Source: Macrostomum lignano
Taxonomy: Eukaryota
Direction: 5' to 3'
DNA: 64,000 nucleotides
Assembly (NCBI GenBank): GCA_002269645.1
Contig: NIVC01000997.1
Location: forward strand, 248,001 to 312,000
The notes below the pieces were generated by a model, which was not told where the DNA came from, did no database searches, and saw only the letters and a list, made by a program, of their open reading frames with translations. The stretch's first letter is position 1. Every line of letters begins with the position of its first letter. A program made the translations under genes and the position numbers. Positions 36,230-48,873 of the stretch are shown piece by piece.

Positions 36230-37410
36230 AGCTCAGAGGTCAGCTCAGTCTAGCAGGTAGCGCTGGACTCGAAAGTGCCACAACTGCGGTAAAGTTGGAC
36301 ACCTGCAGAAAGTTTGCCACTCAACCAAGAAAGCCTCCAGTACAACAAAAGCCGGAAGGCCATTGAATGGACCAGCGCATGCAATGCAAATGGAAGAGGA
36401 TGAGATGAATGACCAGCCCCTCACCATGCAGCTGGACACTGGTGCCTGAGTCAGCCTTGTACCGGAGTCAGTGTGGAAGCAGTTTGGCAAAACTCAGCTG
36501 ACACCAACACGCCTGCGACTCCGGACCTGGATGGGCTAGCCAATACAAGTCAAGGGAACAGCCGAGGTCAAGGTCAACTATGATGGTAGACAGTATGATA
36601 AGCTGTCGCTGGTGGTCACCAGTCAGACTGGAGCCTGCCCATTGCTAGGACGGAATTGGCTGGAAAAAGTGCGACTCAACTGGACTCAGTTGTTTGCCAA
36701 CCAGATCAGCCAGGTGCCGGCGCAGAATAGGGGGCCTCTTGACCAGATGCTAGAGGAGTTCACTGATGTTTTCAACGAGAGCCTCAGGCAGCTGAAGGAT
36801 CAGAAAGTCGCGAGCTTCACGATTATTACGGCTCATCAGCCATTGATGACGATTTTTGGGCCAAAGGTTGGCATCTCCCCAACTGCAGCACGGTGACTTC
36901 AGAGATGGGCACTGCTGCTGTCAGGGTACAGCTACAGCATCTGGTTCCACAAGACTGCTCAGCACAGCAACGCAGACGGCCTGTCTCGCTTGCCCCTGCA
37001 GATGAAGGACAACAATGATCGGGTCTGTCAGCTGACGGGCAAGTTCCCATTGATGGCGGCAGTTGTAGCAACAGCAATGAAGCAAGATGAGGAGCTCTGA
37101 GATGTTCTCCAGATGATAAACACTGGCTGGCCAGAGTCGGCTTGAGCCCTACTTTTGTTGTCGACTAGAGCTAAGTGTGGAAAATGGCTATGTGATCTGG
37201 GGAACTCGCATTCAGCATGGCCCAGAACATTTTGGCATGTCCCAGATGAAAAGTGTCGCCAGAACCTTCGTCTGGTGGCCAGGTATGGATGCTGACATCG
37301 AGTCGGTTGCCAGCAGTTGCCAAGGCTGCCAATCCGTTAAGCTGCATCCGCTGCTGGCTCCACTACACCCCTTGGGTGTGGCCAGACCAGCCCTGGGACC
37401 GCACCGACAG
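36230..37410 (+). mobile_element. Degraded Ty3/gypsy LTR-retrotransposon remnant (gag zinc knuckle, protease, RNase H tail, integrase Zn domain; RT deleted)
   Basis: CHNCGKVGHLQKVC (~36276), MQLDTGA (~36435), PLLGRNWL, FTIITAHQPL...LQRWALLLSGYSY...HSNADGLSRLP, HFGMSQMKSVARTFVWWPGMDADIE...CQGCQ. Multiple stops; LTRs not identified. Confidence 0.9.
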
Positions 37411-38489
37411 GATATTAATATTGAGAACAGGAGTAACACGCGTATCTTTGAAGTGGAAAGAATCACATTGGAAAGTAATTTGGGCATGACAACTGCAATA
37501 TCTGGGACTTGGGAGCATGAGGATTTGTGGTTGAAGAGGATCTATCACTGGAGGAGTATGGTACCTGGGTATGGCGGCTTTAAGAAGCAATGGTCAGAGG
37601 GTGTATCGGTATCATGTCGGCTATCATATAAAGTAGGTCTGACCCTATAAAGGATTTTGGACCAGATCCAATGAGGGGAATAAGCAGTGCGCAGGTGTTG
37701 TTTTGTCATTGTCACTGTTCAACTTCAATCCTCCTCCCTAGTCGCTGATTCGCATCTTGCAGGTATTGACCAATGTGGGCCCCGACAACTGCGTCTGTCA
37801 TTTGGGTACTTGACATTGCGTCTGAAAAGTAGAGAGATATTTAAAAGGACTGTCTGTATACGACTTTTTTCCTACCAAATGTCTTTTCTTTTCAAATTTA
37901 TGTTTAAAAGTGTATACTTTACCAAAACGACATTGTAATACATGAAAAATTATCATTCATAAAGTAGATTAGTGGGACTATAAAAGGCTAACTACTCACC
38001 AATGATCAACGGCTCAATGCATTCAAAAATGCTGACCTTTGTGCCCCCAGTAGGTCAGCCCTTCACTTGGTAATCCCAACCAGTTCTATTGCACATGGTC
38101 TAGAATTCCGCCGTTAATAGAGCGTCAAGCATTCTTGTGACCTTGCAGTCACAAGACGAGCCTCCAAGGTGTCGCAAGTGACGTACCTAAAATGCAAAAT
38201 ATCTTTTAGGATAAATTAAAATCTAAAACTTGTCTGATAGTACTGTTGTTGGATATGTATGGGAAGTGAAATAATAAGCGACATTGACAAACATGATGGA
38301 GTAAAAAACATGACTTTAGATACGAACTAGCAATCTTCGCCCCCCGATGGGGGACATCTGGATAGAATCTCTGTTCTCTACAAGTAACAAAAAGACAGCC
38401 AGAAAATCCTTCACAAAGACAACAGACAAACTGCTCAAATGAAGTGAATTGCAATAAGAAATCTTCCCAAGACCACAAGCATCCCCCAG

Positions 38490-39100
38490 ATAGCAAGCAT
38501 TCCCCAGATAGCAAGCATCCCTCAAATAGCAAGCATCCCCCAGATAGCAAGCATCCCCCAGATAGCAAGCATCCCCCAGATAGCAAGCATCCCCCAGATA
38601 GCAAACATCCCCCAGATAGCAAGCATCCCCAGATAGCAAGCATTCCCCAGATAGCAAACATTCCCCAGATAGCAAGCATTCCCCAGATAGCAAGCATCCC
38701 TCAGATAGCAAGCATACCCCAAATAGCAAGCATCCCTCAGATAGCAAGCATCCCTCAGATAGCAAGCATCCCCCAGATAGCAAGCATCACTCACATAGCA
38801 AGCATCCCTCAGATAGCAAGCATCCACCAGATAGCAAGCATCCCTCAGATAGCAAGCATCCCCCAAATTGCAAGCATCGCCCAGATAGCAAGCATCCCCC
38901 AGAAAGCAAGCATCCTCCAAATAGCAAGCATCCCCCAGATAGCAAGCATCACTCAGATAGCAAGCATCCCTCAGATAGCAAGCATCCACCAGATAGCAAG
39001 CATCCCTCAGATAGCAAGCATCCCCCAAATTGCAAGCATCGCCCAGATAGCAAGCATCCCCCAGAAAGCAAGCATCCCCCAAATAGCAACCATCCACCAG
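38490..39100. repeat. 18-19 bp minisatellite (CAGATAGCAAGCATCCCC)
   Basis: Seen directly; source of the QIASIP and GDACYL ORFs. Confidence 0.95.
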
Positions 39101-39199
39101 ACAAAAAGTAGCTAGAGCGACAATTTCCTTAGCTTTATAGTGGCTCCTTTAAATTGGCATGGCGCTTTATACCTTTACATTTGAAATTGTATATCTTGA

Positions 39200-41262
39200 A
39201 TGTTTGACATGGTGGCTCTTTTATGTTTGACATGGTGGCTCTTTATTGTTCGACATGGTGGCTTTTTTATGTTTGACATGGTGGCTCTTGTATGTTCGAC
39301 ATGGTGGCTCTTTTAATGGTCGACATGGTGGCTCTTTAATGTTCTTCATGTTGGCTCTTTTATGTTTGACATGCTGGCTTTTTTATGTTTGACATGGTGG
39401 CTCTTTTATGTTCGACATGGTGGCTCTTTTATGTTCTACATGGCTGCTCTTTTATGTTCGACATGGTGGCTCTTGTATGTTCGACATGGTCGCTCTTTTG
39501 GGTTTGAAATGGTGGCTCTTTAATATTTGACAAGGTGGCCCTTTAATGTTTAACATGGTGGCTCTTTAAATTTCGAAATGGTGGCTCCTTAATTTTCGAA
39601 ATGGTGGCTGTTTTATCTTTGACATGGTGGCTCTTTAATGTTCGACATGGTGGCTCTTTAATGTTCTTAATGGTGTCTGTTTTATGTTTGACATGGTGGC
39701 TCTTTATTGTTCGACATGGTGGCTCTTTAATTTTCGAAATGGTGGCTGTTTTATGTTTGACATGGTGGCTCTTTAATATTTGACAAGGTGGCCCTTTAAT
39801 GTTTAACATGGTGGCTCTTTAATTTTCGAAATGGTGGCTCCTTAATTTTCGAAATGGTGGCTCTTTTATGTTTGACATGGTGGCTCTTTAATGTTCGACA
39901 TGGTGGCTCTTTAATGTTCGACATGGTGGCTCTTTAATGTTCTTAATGGTGTCTGTTTTATGTTCGACATGGTGGCTCTTTTATGTTCGACATGGTGGCT
40001 CTTTAATGTTCGACATGGTGGCTCATTTAGGTTTGAAATGGTGGCTCTTTAATGTTTGACATTGTGGCTCTTTAATATTGGACAAGGTGGCTCTTTAATG
40101 TTCGACATGGTGGCTCCTTAATTTTCGAAATGGTGGCTCCTTAATTTTCGAAATGGTGGCTGCTTTATGTTTGACATGGTGGCTCTTTAATGTTTGACAT
40201 GGTAACTCTTTTATGTTTGATATGGTGGCTCTTTTATGTTCGACATGGTGGCTCTTTAATGTTCGACATGGTGGCTCCTTTAGGTTTGAAATGGTGGCTC
40301 TTTAATGTTTGACATTGTGGCTCTTTTATGTTCGACATGGTGGCTCTTTTAGGTTTGACATGGTGACTCTTAAATGTTTGACATGGTGGCTCTTTAATGT
40401 TTCACATGGTGGCTCTTTAATATTTGACATAAAGTCACATATATGTTTGGCATGGTGGCTCCTAAATGTTTGACATGGTGGCTCTTTAATGTTCGACATG
40501 GTGGCTCCTTAATTTTCGAAATGGTGGCTCCTTAATTTTCGAAATGGTGGCTGCTTTATGTTTGACATGGTGGCTCTTTAATGTTTGACATGGTAACTCT
40601 TTTATGTTTGATATGGTGGCTCTTTTATGTTCGACATGGTGGCTCTTTAATGTTCGACATGGTGGCTCCTTTAGGTTTGAAATGGTGGCTCTTTAATGTT
40701 TGACATTGTGGCTCTTTTATGTTCGACATGGTGGCTCTTTTAGGTTTGACATGGTGACTCTTAAATGTTTGACATGGTGGCTCTTTAATGTTTCACATGG
40801 TGGCTCTTTAATATTTGACATAAAGTCACATATATGTTTGACATGGTGGCTCCTAAATGTTTGACATGGTGGCTCTTTATGTTTGACATGGTGGCTCTTT
40901 TATGTTCGACATGGTGGATCTTTTTTGTTCTACATGGTAACTCTTTTATGTTTGATACGGTGGCTTTTGAATGTCTGACATGTTGGCTCTTTTATGTTTG
41001 ACATCGTGGCTCTTAATTGTTTGACATAGTGGCTCTTTAATGTTCAAAATGGTGGCTCTTTAATGTTCGAAATGGTGGCTCTTTAATGTTCGAAATGGTG
41101 GCTGTTTTATGTTTGACATGGTGGCTCTTTTATGTTTGACATGGTGGCTCTTTAATGTTCGACATGGTAGCTCTTTAATGTTCGACATGGTAGCTCTTTT
41201 ATGTTTGACATGGTAACTCTTTTATGTTCGATATGTTGGCTCTTCTATGTTTGACATTGCGC
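39200..41262. repeat. 23-bp minisatellite (TTTGACATGGTGGCTCTTTTATG), ~2 kb
   Basis: About 90 copies; a 391-bp internal duplication is marked by AAAGTCACATATATG at 40431 and 40822. Confidence 0.97.
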
Positions 41263-41559
41263 TTCTTTGATGTTTAGCAGTTTTGTTGTGTTTTTAAGGT
41301 GTTTTAATAAAAAAATCTTTTTGCACTACTATGATTCGAACCCAGGTCGCTACATTAGCATTCCAGTCTGTTCGCATCAGGGCTATCTCTTTTCAATTGG
41401 AGAACATGAATTGTGGCCCTTATAATTCAATTCTTACAGCAAGTCAATTGGAGTAAAAAGTTATGACATAATCAATTTCTCAGTCAGCCAGTATCAGTCT
41501 CAATTTAAGTTAGCAATATGGTTACGCAATTTAAATCAAGTCGTGTGTGCATTTCTTCG

Positions 41560-42460
41560 GTACTGTTTTCAACTTGTTGTGATGCAATCTTTATCACAAT
41601 CGGAATTCAGTCAGTCAGTTTTTTCTCTAGCATTCTTACAATGCATTTCAGGTCGAAAGAGCTGCTTGACCTTTGCAAAAAAGCATGTTTTTCGAATATT
41701 TAATCCCTTTAAAATTGAGCAATTTCTTAGCCAAGATGCATGTACCGTCCCAGGAAAATTTCTGATCGAATGGTGCAAGTTTGAAGAAAATCGGTTGAGC
41801 CATTTTTTCTGAAATCTATCGCATACCTACCTACCTACCTACCCACAGACAACTCATTTTTAGTATATAGGATGGCATATGCTGGCATTGGAAAGTATAA
41901 TTGGTATCACTCACCATGTCAGATTTAAATTCTGGGTCAACAAGACGAGCCTTTAAGTCAGCGTAGGCAGCCAAGCTATCTATTGGAATGCCGGGTATTG
42001 GCAGCCTTGACACATTGCCGCCCTGGTCAGTCCGCCTGTTGCCCTGGACATCTGCCAATTGGGAACGGAGCTTAGCCACCTTGCTCATGAGAAGGAGCAG
42101 CAGATAGATCTGACCCTCAGTTGAGAATACATTGATGCCGTGACTCTGTAGGGCATTAATGTACGGCTACACATCATTAGCAAATCGCCCATTTGTGGCA
42201 GGGACTGGTTGTTCAGGGTTACGAACAGCAGTTGGAGCATTCTAGTGCACAGTCATTGGCGGAAGTGGGGCCACGCACTCTGTGATTGGAGGGAGCTCGA
42301 TCAGCCTCCTGCTTTGAAAGATGGGAGACTGTTGACCAGTATTGCCTGCAGAGCAGTGCGCAATAGATGCATGTGACAAGTTTGCAGCAGATGCACGTGA
42401 CGACAAGTTTGCAGCAGATGCACGTGATGAGTTTGCAGCAGATGCACGCGAGGACTCGAT
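41560..42460 (-). pseudogene. Degraded transposon accessory ORF, DUF4806-like layout (weak)
   Basis: Ser/Ala repeat (SSRASAAN x3), then LLLLMSKVAKLRSQL, then LPIPGIPIDSLAAYADLKARLVDPEFKSDMV, with stops. Resembles the second ORF of animal EnSpm elements; recognised by pattern only. Confidence 0.35.
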
Positions 42461-44403
42461 GAAGAAGTCAAGTCTGGACTTATAGGCTTATAGGCTTAGT
42501 ATTTAGAGTCATATAGTTTACTTTGATAATCTAATTTTGTTTTCATGTAAAAAAACAATTATTTAAATATAAGCCTAATAAAAAACTTAACAGATCACAA
42601 TAAAAAAGTTGTTGAAAGAGGAATCTAAGAGGCTAAAAGCTTTCTTTTAAAGCTATCACTAAATTAATATAGTTGCATATTTTCACCATTGAAATCATGC
42701 AAGAAGTCTAGATAAAAAGTTGAACTATTAGACCTAATTAGTTGCTTGCACTCAATAAGCATAAGCTTTTATTTAGGCAACTTTTCTATTGAAATCTCTT
42801 TCTATTTTAAAAAAAGAATAGTATATTATATTATATAGCATAAATTATAATTAGGTAGTAATTAGTAATTATCATTTCAATGCCCCAAAAGGTCAATCTT
42901 ATTTATCAATTATTATCTAGGCATACTATTAAATACTTGCAGACAAATAGTCTACTGGCCATTTAATTATAACAAACAAATAGTCTAGTAGTAGACAAAT
43001 AGTTGTAGATCTGTTTTTATATTTAATAATGCCTATTTTACAAATTTTCTAGCTTGCAAAAATGTACTAGATATAAAATTATAAATCAACTCCTATATCT
43101 ATATATTAAAAATAGTGACTAGGCCCTAATATTATGACTTAAAAGGGAATGCAAAAAGGAAGCAGCTAAAACTATATCTATAGTCTATGCCTATCAATAA
43201 AAGCATAAATAAAAGCAAATTTTATTTCTCTACTTTGTTGGTTATGATATAGATTATAAATATGCTATTAGTTGAAAAGATAATATATATAATAGTTTAA
43301 TACTTTTTTATAAGATAGATCTTGGTTTTACTTTAATATATTCAACATCCTACTTTGAATCTTACAATATAATTATAAATTATATGTATATCATATATGC
43401 TAAAAGATTCCAAGACCAAAAAATATGCTTGACATAGCTACACTATATGCAAACATAATAGTACACAAATTTACCATGGGATGATGGCACTATCATTGTA
43501 ATATGCTAGATATTATATGCCTAATTGCCAAGCATATTTTTAGGTCAATATTATAGGCCTAGGCCTACTTATAGGCACATAGCCAGGATTCACATCAGGG
43601 AGGGGGACAGACCATAAATCTATTTCCAATGTTAGCAATAAAAGCAAAATACAAAGGCAATAAAAAAAATTGCCCTCCAGGGGGGACATGTCCCCAGTGT
43701 CCCCTTCCCCTCGGCTATGCCCGTCCTGTGTCTACTTAGTCTTTACACCAATTAGATATAGCACTTAAATTGATTTGCTGATTTATTAAAATTAGATATT
43801 GGTTAGCATTAGCATAAGTATTATTAGTCTATATTTAAATTGTAGTAGGGCCTAGCATGGACAAAACTGATAAGGTAAATCATTAAAATTTCAATTAATT
43901 AGGGATAAAAAGATTGATTTCAATTCTTTGATATTTGATCATGATATGAAATTAGATTTAAGATGACATGCACATGTTTGAAAAAATTACTAATAGAACC
44001 ATGTACATGAAGCATGATCATATCTACTGTAAACTGAATTGGCTTGTAACTATAGCCTGTAGGCCTATGTATGAAGTATCTGAGTTGCACAACTAATACA
44101 TTTAATACAGATCTAACAAGTAAAATTCCTCAGCCTGCTAAGAATAGTTTCTTGACTAAAGCATGACCTGAAATAGCAATTTGATTTTGAACTGGAATGG
44201 AGAACTGTGATGCTGTGTGTAACCCATGTTGTTTTAACAATGTCAGTATGTTATGTTTTGGATATGGGTTCAATTGCAAAAAATCATGTCATTATGACAT
44301 TGATATGACAAAATACTTTGATGTCGTACAAAACAACTTACTTACAACATGGAAAAAATACCCAATTTAAGCCAAATAAATATAAAAAAGGCTAAAAAGC
44401 ACT

Positions 44404-44693
44404 ATTGCAGCGCATGGCTTAAGTACGCCAGACGCCTACACAACCTGCGCCACGCTGTGAAATGACTTACCTGTAAAAGAAACCCTAAAGCAAAATTAAC
44501 GCAGTTTTGGGTAAACGGCAGGAGTAACTATGACTGTTTTATCAAGCCTAAATGCCTCGGCATCTAATTAGTACTACGCCCGTATTCTATGGGGTGGCAT
44601 TTTTGCGACTTACCCCTGGTCCACCACCAATGCTGCGCCGCGCAGGCTGATCCGCGCCGGACGCCGTCCGCCAAAATGCCCATGCGCTGCAAT
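44404..44693. mobile_element. MITE-like element with 14-bp inverted repeats (ATTGCAGCGCATGG)
   Basis: ATTGCAGCGCATGG at 44404-44417 and CCATGCGCTGCAAT at 44680-44693; interior homologous to 5205-5360. Confidence 0.7.
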
Positions 44694-45824
44694 CAGGCTA
44701 AAAAGGACAATTATGCAATAATAAATCATTTTTCCAATCCCATTTTCATTTTTAAAAAAACAACATGAAATCGAGATCTTGATGTCATTTCAACGTTGTT
44801 TCGATGTTCCCTTTCCCAGTGGGTATTTTTAGTCAAAAGTTCAAAGTGTAAGTTATATAGCCTATGCAATTTTAGAGATCATACATTAAGCTAATATTAA
44901 TCATTTGCCATATACTTATAAGCTATCATTAAAGGCCATTAAACTGAAATGTATTTGCCCAAATAGGTCAAGTTTCTTTCCAAAATGGCTTTTTGCCAAT
45001 ATATTTTAATTGCTTTCTCATAAAATAGGCTTTTGCTGATGTGGATTATAGCTATCAATTCATATGACCTATAATAAATTTAAATATGCTTTTCATTTCT
45101 AAAGTCACTTTTCAAAATTGCTAAATATTATTGATGTCAAACTTTAAAATATGATTCATTTTTTTGTAGAAGTAATGTAATTGTTTGATTTTTTGTAGCA
45201 AAAAGATGTCATTAAAGATTGTATTATACTGTTCTTAGGTATTAGATTGAACAGTTATTAAAGCTTATATTTGTCATAAGAGTCTTTATGATTCTCTGGC
45301 AACAAGCAGGAAAAGGTGCCAGTGAATTTAAGGCACCCCTGTCCTTGAATCTGCTGTACTTACAGCCTTTTATTGCCCCCCATTAAAAATAGCATTTTTA
45401 TTATAATCTTTATCCATTCTTATTTGAATTTTGGAGTATGAATTCTTTAGGAACCACTATAAATAAAATAATACTTCCATGCAAAACAAGTTAAATGAAA
45501 TTCAAGCAAGATTAAACAGGAAATTTTCTATATGGCCAAAAAAGAAAATGTTAGAGCTTATAGGCAGATTAGTTTGGAAGCAAATAAGATACAAAAAAAA
45601 ATTGAATGTCATTTTTATATAGATCAATCTTAGTGCCAGTTACTACCAATCTTAATGTCATCATTATAATAATTATGATACAAGCTACTTACAATCAATC
45701 AGCTAAGAAAAAATTATTAAGGATAATGTTAAGTACTTAAAATTTCTTATGTAAGAACATTAAATTTATCTGCATTCATTCAAATGAAGAAATATAATAA
45801 CTATTCAATCTGATGACTTAAACT

Positions 45825-46798
45825 ATGCTGCTACGCATACTACTGACAATACTACTGCCGCATCGGATTCACCATCAGCAGTATTATTATCATCATCGAA
45901 GGCGATATTCAAGCAGCACAGACATTGGTTTGTGTCGCCTATTGTGCCTGGTAACACTGTTGAGCTCCAGTTTGTTATTAACAAAAGCGCACAGTCCACT
46001 GCTTGATGGGCACCAGCTGCATCAGCAGGCCGATCAGCCTATGGCTCTGCCAGGCGACTGGTTAAACCCTGACATCTCTTATTATCCTCAACACCTTGAC
46101 CGCGCAGGTGAATCTGCATTCGCAGACGCCATCACAGGTATTGGTACAGGTGACTATCACAATCAGCACAGTCATTGGAAACTGATTGACAGCCGGGTAA
46201 CTCCAATGCTGTTCAATTCATCCTCAACCAGTTCGTCATCAATCACTGGTAGCGTCGGCGGCGGCGACAGGTTTGTCGATGACATCAATGGCGACGACAG
46301 CGATTTGGTGATGTCAATTCTCAGCAGGCCCCGTCTGGTGTCAGACACCGGCGAGTGGTCTGTGCTGGCCGCTGAGGATGCTATTGAAGCTGCTGCCGCA
46401 GCCGCCGCCGCTGCTGCCGCTGCTTCGTCCTCGTCAGCGTCAAGCCTGGGCAGCGGCTCGGCCACGGACGACCCAGTGAACTGTCGGCCGTTTGCTAATG
46501 CCACCCAGTATGATCATTTAAGAGGCATCGCAGCGCGAATCAGTTTGCCAGCTCAGGCCGAACCGCAGGTTTGAGTTGCCGGTTTTCTCAGATGGCATCA
46601 CATGATTTAGGGCTATGGTTGCTTAGGATCTGCCACCCTATTAGTGCATAGCAAATTCCAACTCAATATTTGGATAGTATTATCACAGTGCGATTTTTAG
46701 AACGCATAAAAACTTTTCTTTATCGTAGTCTACTTCTATACTACTACTACAGCTACTACTACTACAGCTTACTACTACTACTACTAATACTACTACTA

Positions 46799-46874
<76 letters not shown>

Positions 46875-48594
46875 AGTACTATTAGTAATAATATTAATAA
46901 CTATTATAATTAAAATTATTGATTACACCTGTACAGATGTGCAACCGACAGCTCAGCCGCAGCTATTGCGCGGCGCATCTGAAGGCTGCGTACGGCTGTT
47001 CAGTCCAAGGACTGGGGGGGGGGGGTCACCACACACACCCTCAATTACCCCAGCTAATGCTTTGCTTAAGGACAAATTTTTCCGAGTAGGTCAAGCATCG
47101 AACCCTGACCTTTCAGTTGTGAGTCCGACGCTCGAATCACTAGGCTACAATCCCCTGTTAATATTAGTATTAATTGCAACTACTACTGATACTACTACTA
47201 GTAGTGTGAAATCAGAAATCAAGTGTTTGTTGAACTGGAATATCCATAGTTACATAAGCAATGCCTTCAAGCTCGAACTCAGCGCCTCCACCACCCACAA
47301 ATCCCTACCCAGGTGTTCTCCATATTCGTACAGCCTGGCAAGCCGCGCCCTACCGAACGTGACGTGGCTCGCGCCGTCTCCGAGCGCCTACGCGCCTCGC
47401 CGAAATCCGCCCACGCTCTCAACCAAGCCGGCAACCTTCTGCGCTACCACGGCCGGACCCTAAGCGCAGTGGAATGCTTTCGCAAAGCCCTGTCTGTCAG
47501 CCCTAACAACGCCGATGTACTGCTGAACCTGGCCAGGGTGCTGTTCAATCACCGCTACTTGGAGGACGCGGCCTATTTGGCTCGCCGCTCCTTGGAGACT
47601 CAACCGGCCAATAGGAACGCCTGGCTGCAGCATTTCACTCTGGGCGAAATATTGCGCGCCGCCGGACACTCGGCCGAGGCTGCTCACCATCTTAGACAGG
47701 CGGTCTCGTTGAAACCGGAGTTTAAACCGGCTCAGGCCCAGCTGCGCCTGCTGGAGCCAGCTGGCCAGTCGTCTTTGACTGTAAGAGTCGCCGGTTTTTT
47801 ATTTGCTTGGTGACGTTTTAACCTTTGATGTCCTTAGGCTTGGCTTGACCCTGTGACCTTTATGTCCTTAGGCTTGGCTCGACCCTGTGACCTTTGATGT
47901 CCTTAGGCTTAGCTTAATCCTGTTTTGATGTCTTTCGGCTTAGGCTTAGCTTAACACTCTAACCTTTAATGTCCTTAGGCTTAGCTTAACACTCTAACCT
48001 TTAATGTCCTTAGGCTTAGCTTAACACTCTAACCTTTAATGTCCTTAGGCTTAGATTAACACTGTGACCTTTGATATCATTAGGCTTGACCCTGTGACCT
48101 TTGAAATACTTAAGCTCGACCCCTTGACCTTTGATATCATTAGGCTTGACCTTGTGACCTTTTGATATCCTTAAGCTTAACCCTGTGACCTTTAATGTCC
48201 TTAGACTTGAGCATTTGACCTACGTTATCCTTAAAGCTTGAATAAGTAGCATAGCGCACTTAGACAAAAATATTCCTCTCAAATCCGCGTGAAATCCCGC
48301 CAGGTGTACACCCTGACCATCATCGCCTTCCTGGTGCTGTGCGTTCTAGCCGGACTGCTCACCACCACGGAGGCCAACCTGGACGCTTACGGAGAAGTAA
48401 TGAAAACTCAGCGACATTTCAATCGGGCAATGGCTATGCGCACTCTGAGGATGAGCATCAATCCTAGGCTGGCCAGGGCCAGAGGCCCTCCAGCGCCGCC
48501 GCCTATTGTCGCTTCGGCTGGTTCCGGTTCTGCTAATTCCTCCGGGGAATCTTCCGTGGGTTCGAGTAATAATAAAGATGGGAATAATAACTAA
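45825..48594 (+). CDS. TTC17-like tetratricopeptide-repeat protein with signal peptide and C-terminal TM helix, ~500 aa, 3 exons
   Basis: Exons 45825-46568, 47313-47780, 48304-48594 (phase 0, GT-AG). Hydrophobic N-region, HWKL motif, C...QYDHLRGI...EP motif, TPRs (ALNQAGNLLR...AVECFRKAL...DVLLNLARVL, FTLGEILR) and TM VYTLTIIAFLVLCVLAGLL. Confidence 0.78.
46735..46875. repeat. (CTA)n microsatellite, intron 1 of the TPR gene
   Basis: Seen directly. Confidence 0.93.
47815..48240. repeat. ~35-bp minisatellite (CCTTAGGCTTAGCTTAACACTCTAACCTTTAATGT), intron 2 of the TPR gene
   Basis: Seen directly; degenerate at the edges. Confidence 0.88.
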
Positions 48595-48873
48595 GATAGA
48601 TTTTTTGTTTGACATATACATACATACTACTGCAAATCTGATTGGGGTTTAGTAGTAGGAATAGTATTTTTGCGTTAATTTCCCCCTTATATCATTATTA
48701 ACTACTGGATGACAAAACACGCTTGTACACATATTATTCCTAATACTAAATATATTAATATTTATTAAGCTTTACAGTAGTATAATTGTGATTTGGGAGT
48801 TTGTAAACGCTGTTGTGTGTGCGTCAGTATTGCTCTTTTGTCCGTGTTTTTCTTTATAATTATAGAATTATCA

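Larger units (their letters stand above)
35001..44823. mobile_element. Possible large degraded EnSpm/CACTA-like (CCC-ended) element with nested insertions
   Basis: TA|CCCACTGGGAAA at 35001 and TTTCCCAGTGGG|TA at 44823. Imperfect inverted similarity extends ~35 bp, with many GATGTC/ACGTTG-type subterminal repeats near both ends. The two ends could belong to separate copies. Confidence 0.5.

Noticed and set aside
38206-39115. QIASIP and GDACYL repeat proteins
   Set aside because: An 18-bp satellite open on both strands; no unique flanking coding sequence or splice context.
41330-41375. tRNA gene (reverse-strand GGTTCGAATC)
   Set aside because: Only a B-box-like fragment; no cloverleaf could be built. 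At most a SINE relic.
46939-47312. Extra exon or ORF in intron 1 of the TPR gene
   Set aside because: AEPQ|VFSIF splices in phase without it, and I found no compatible donor or family similarity.
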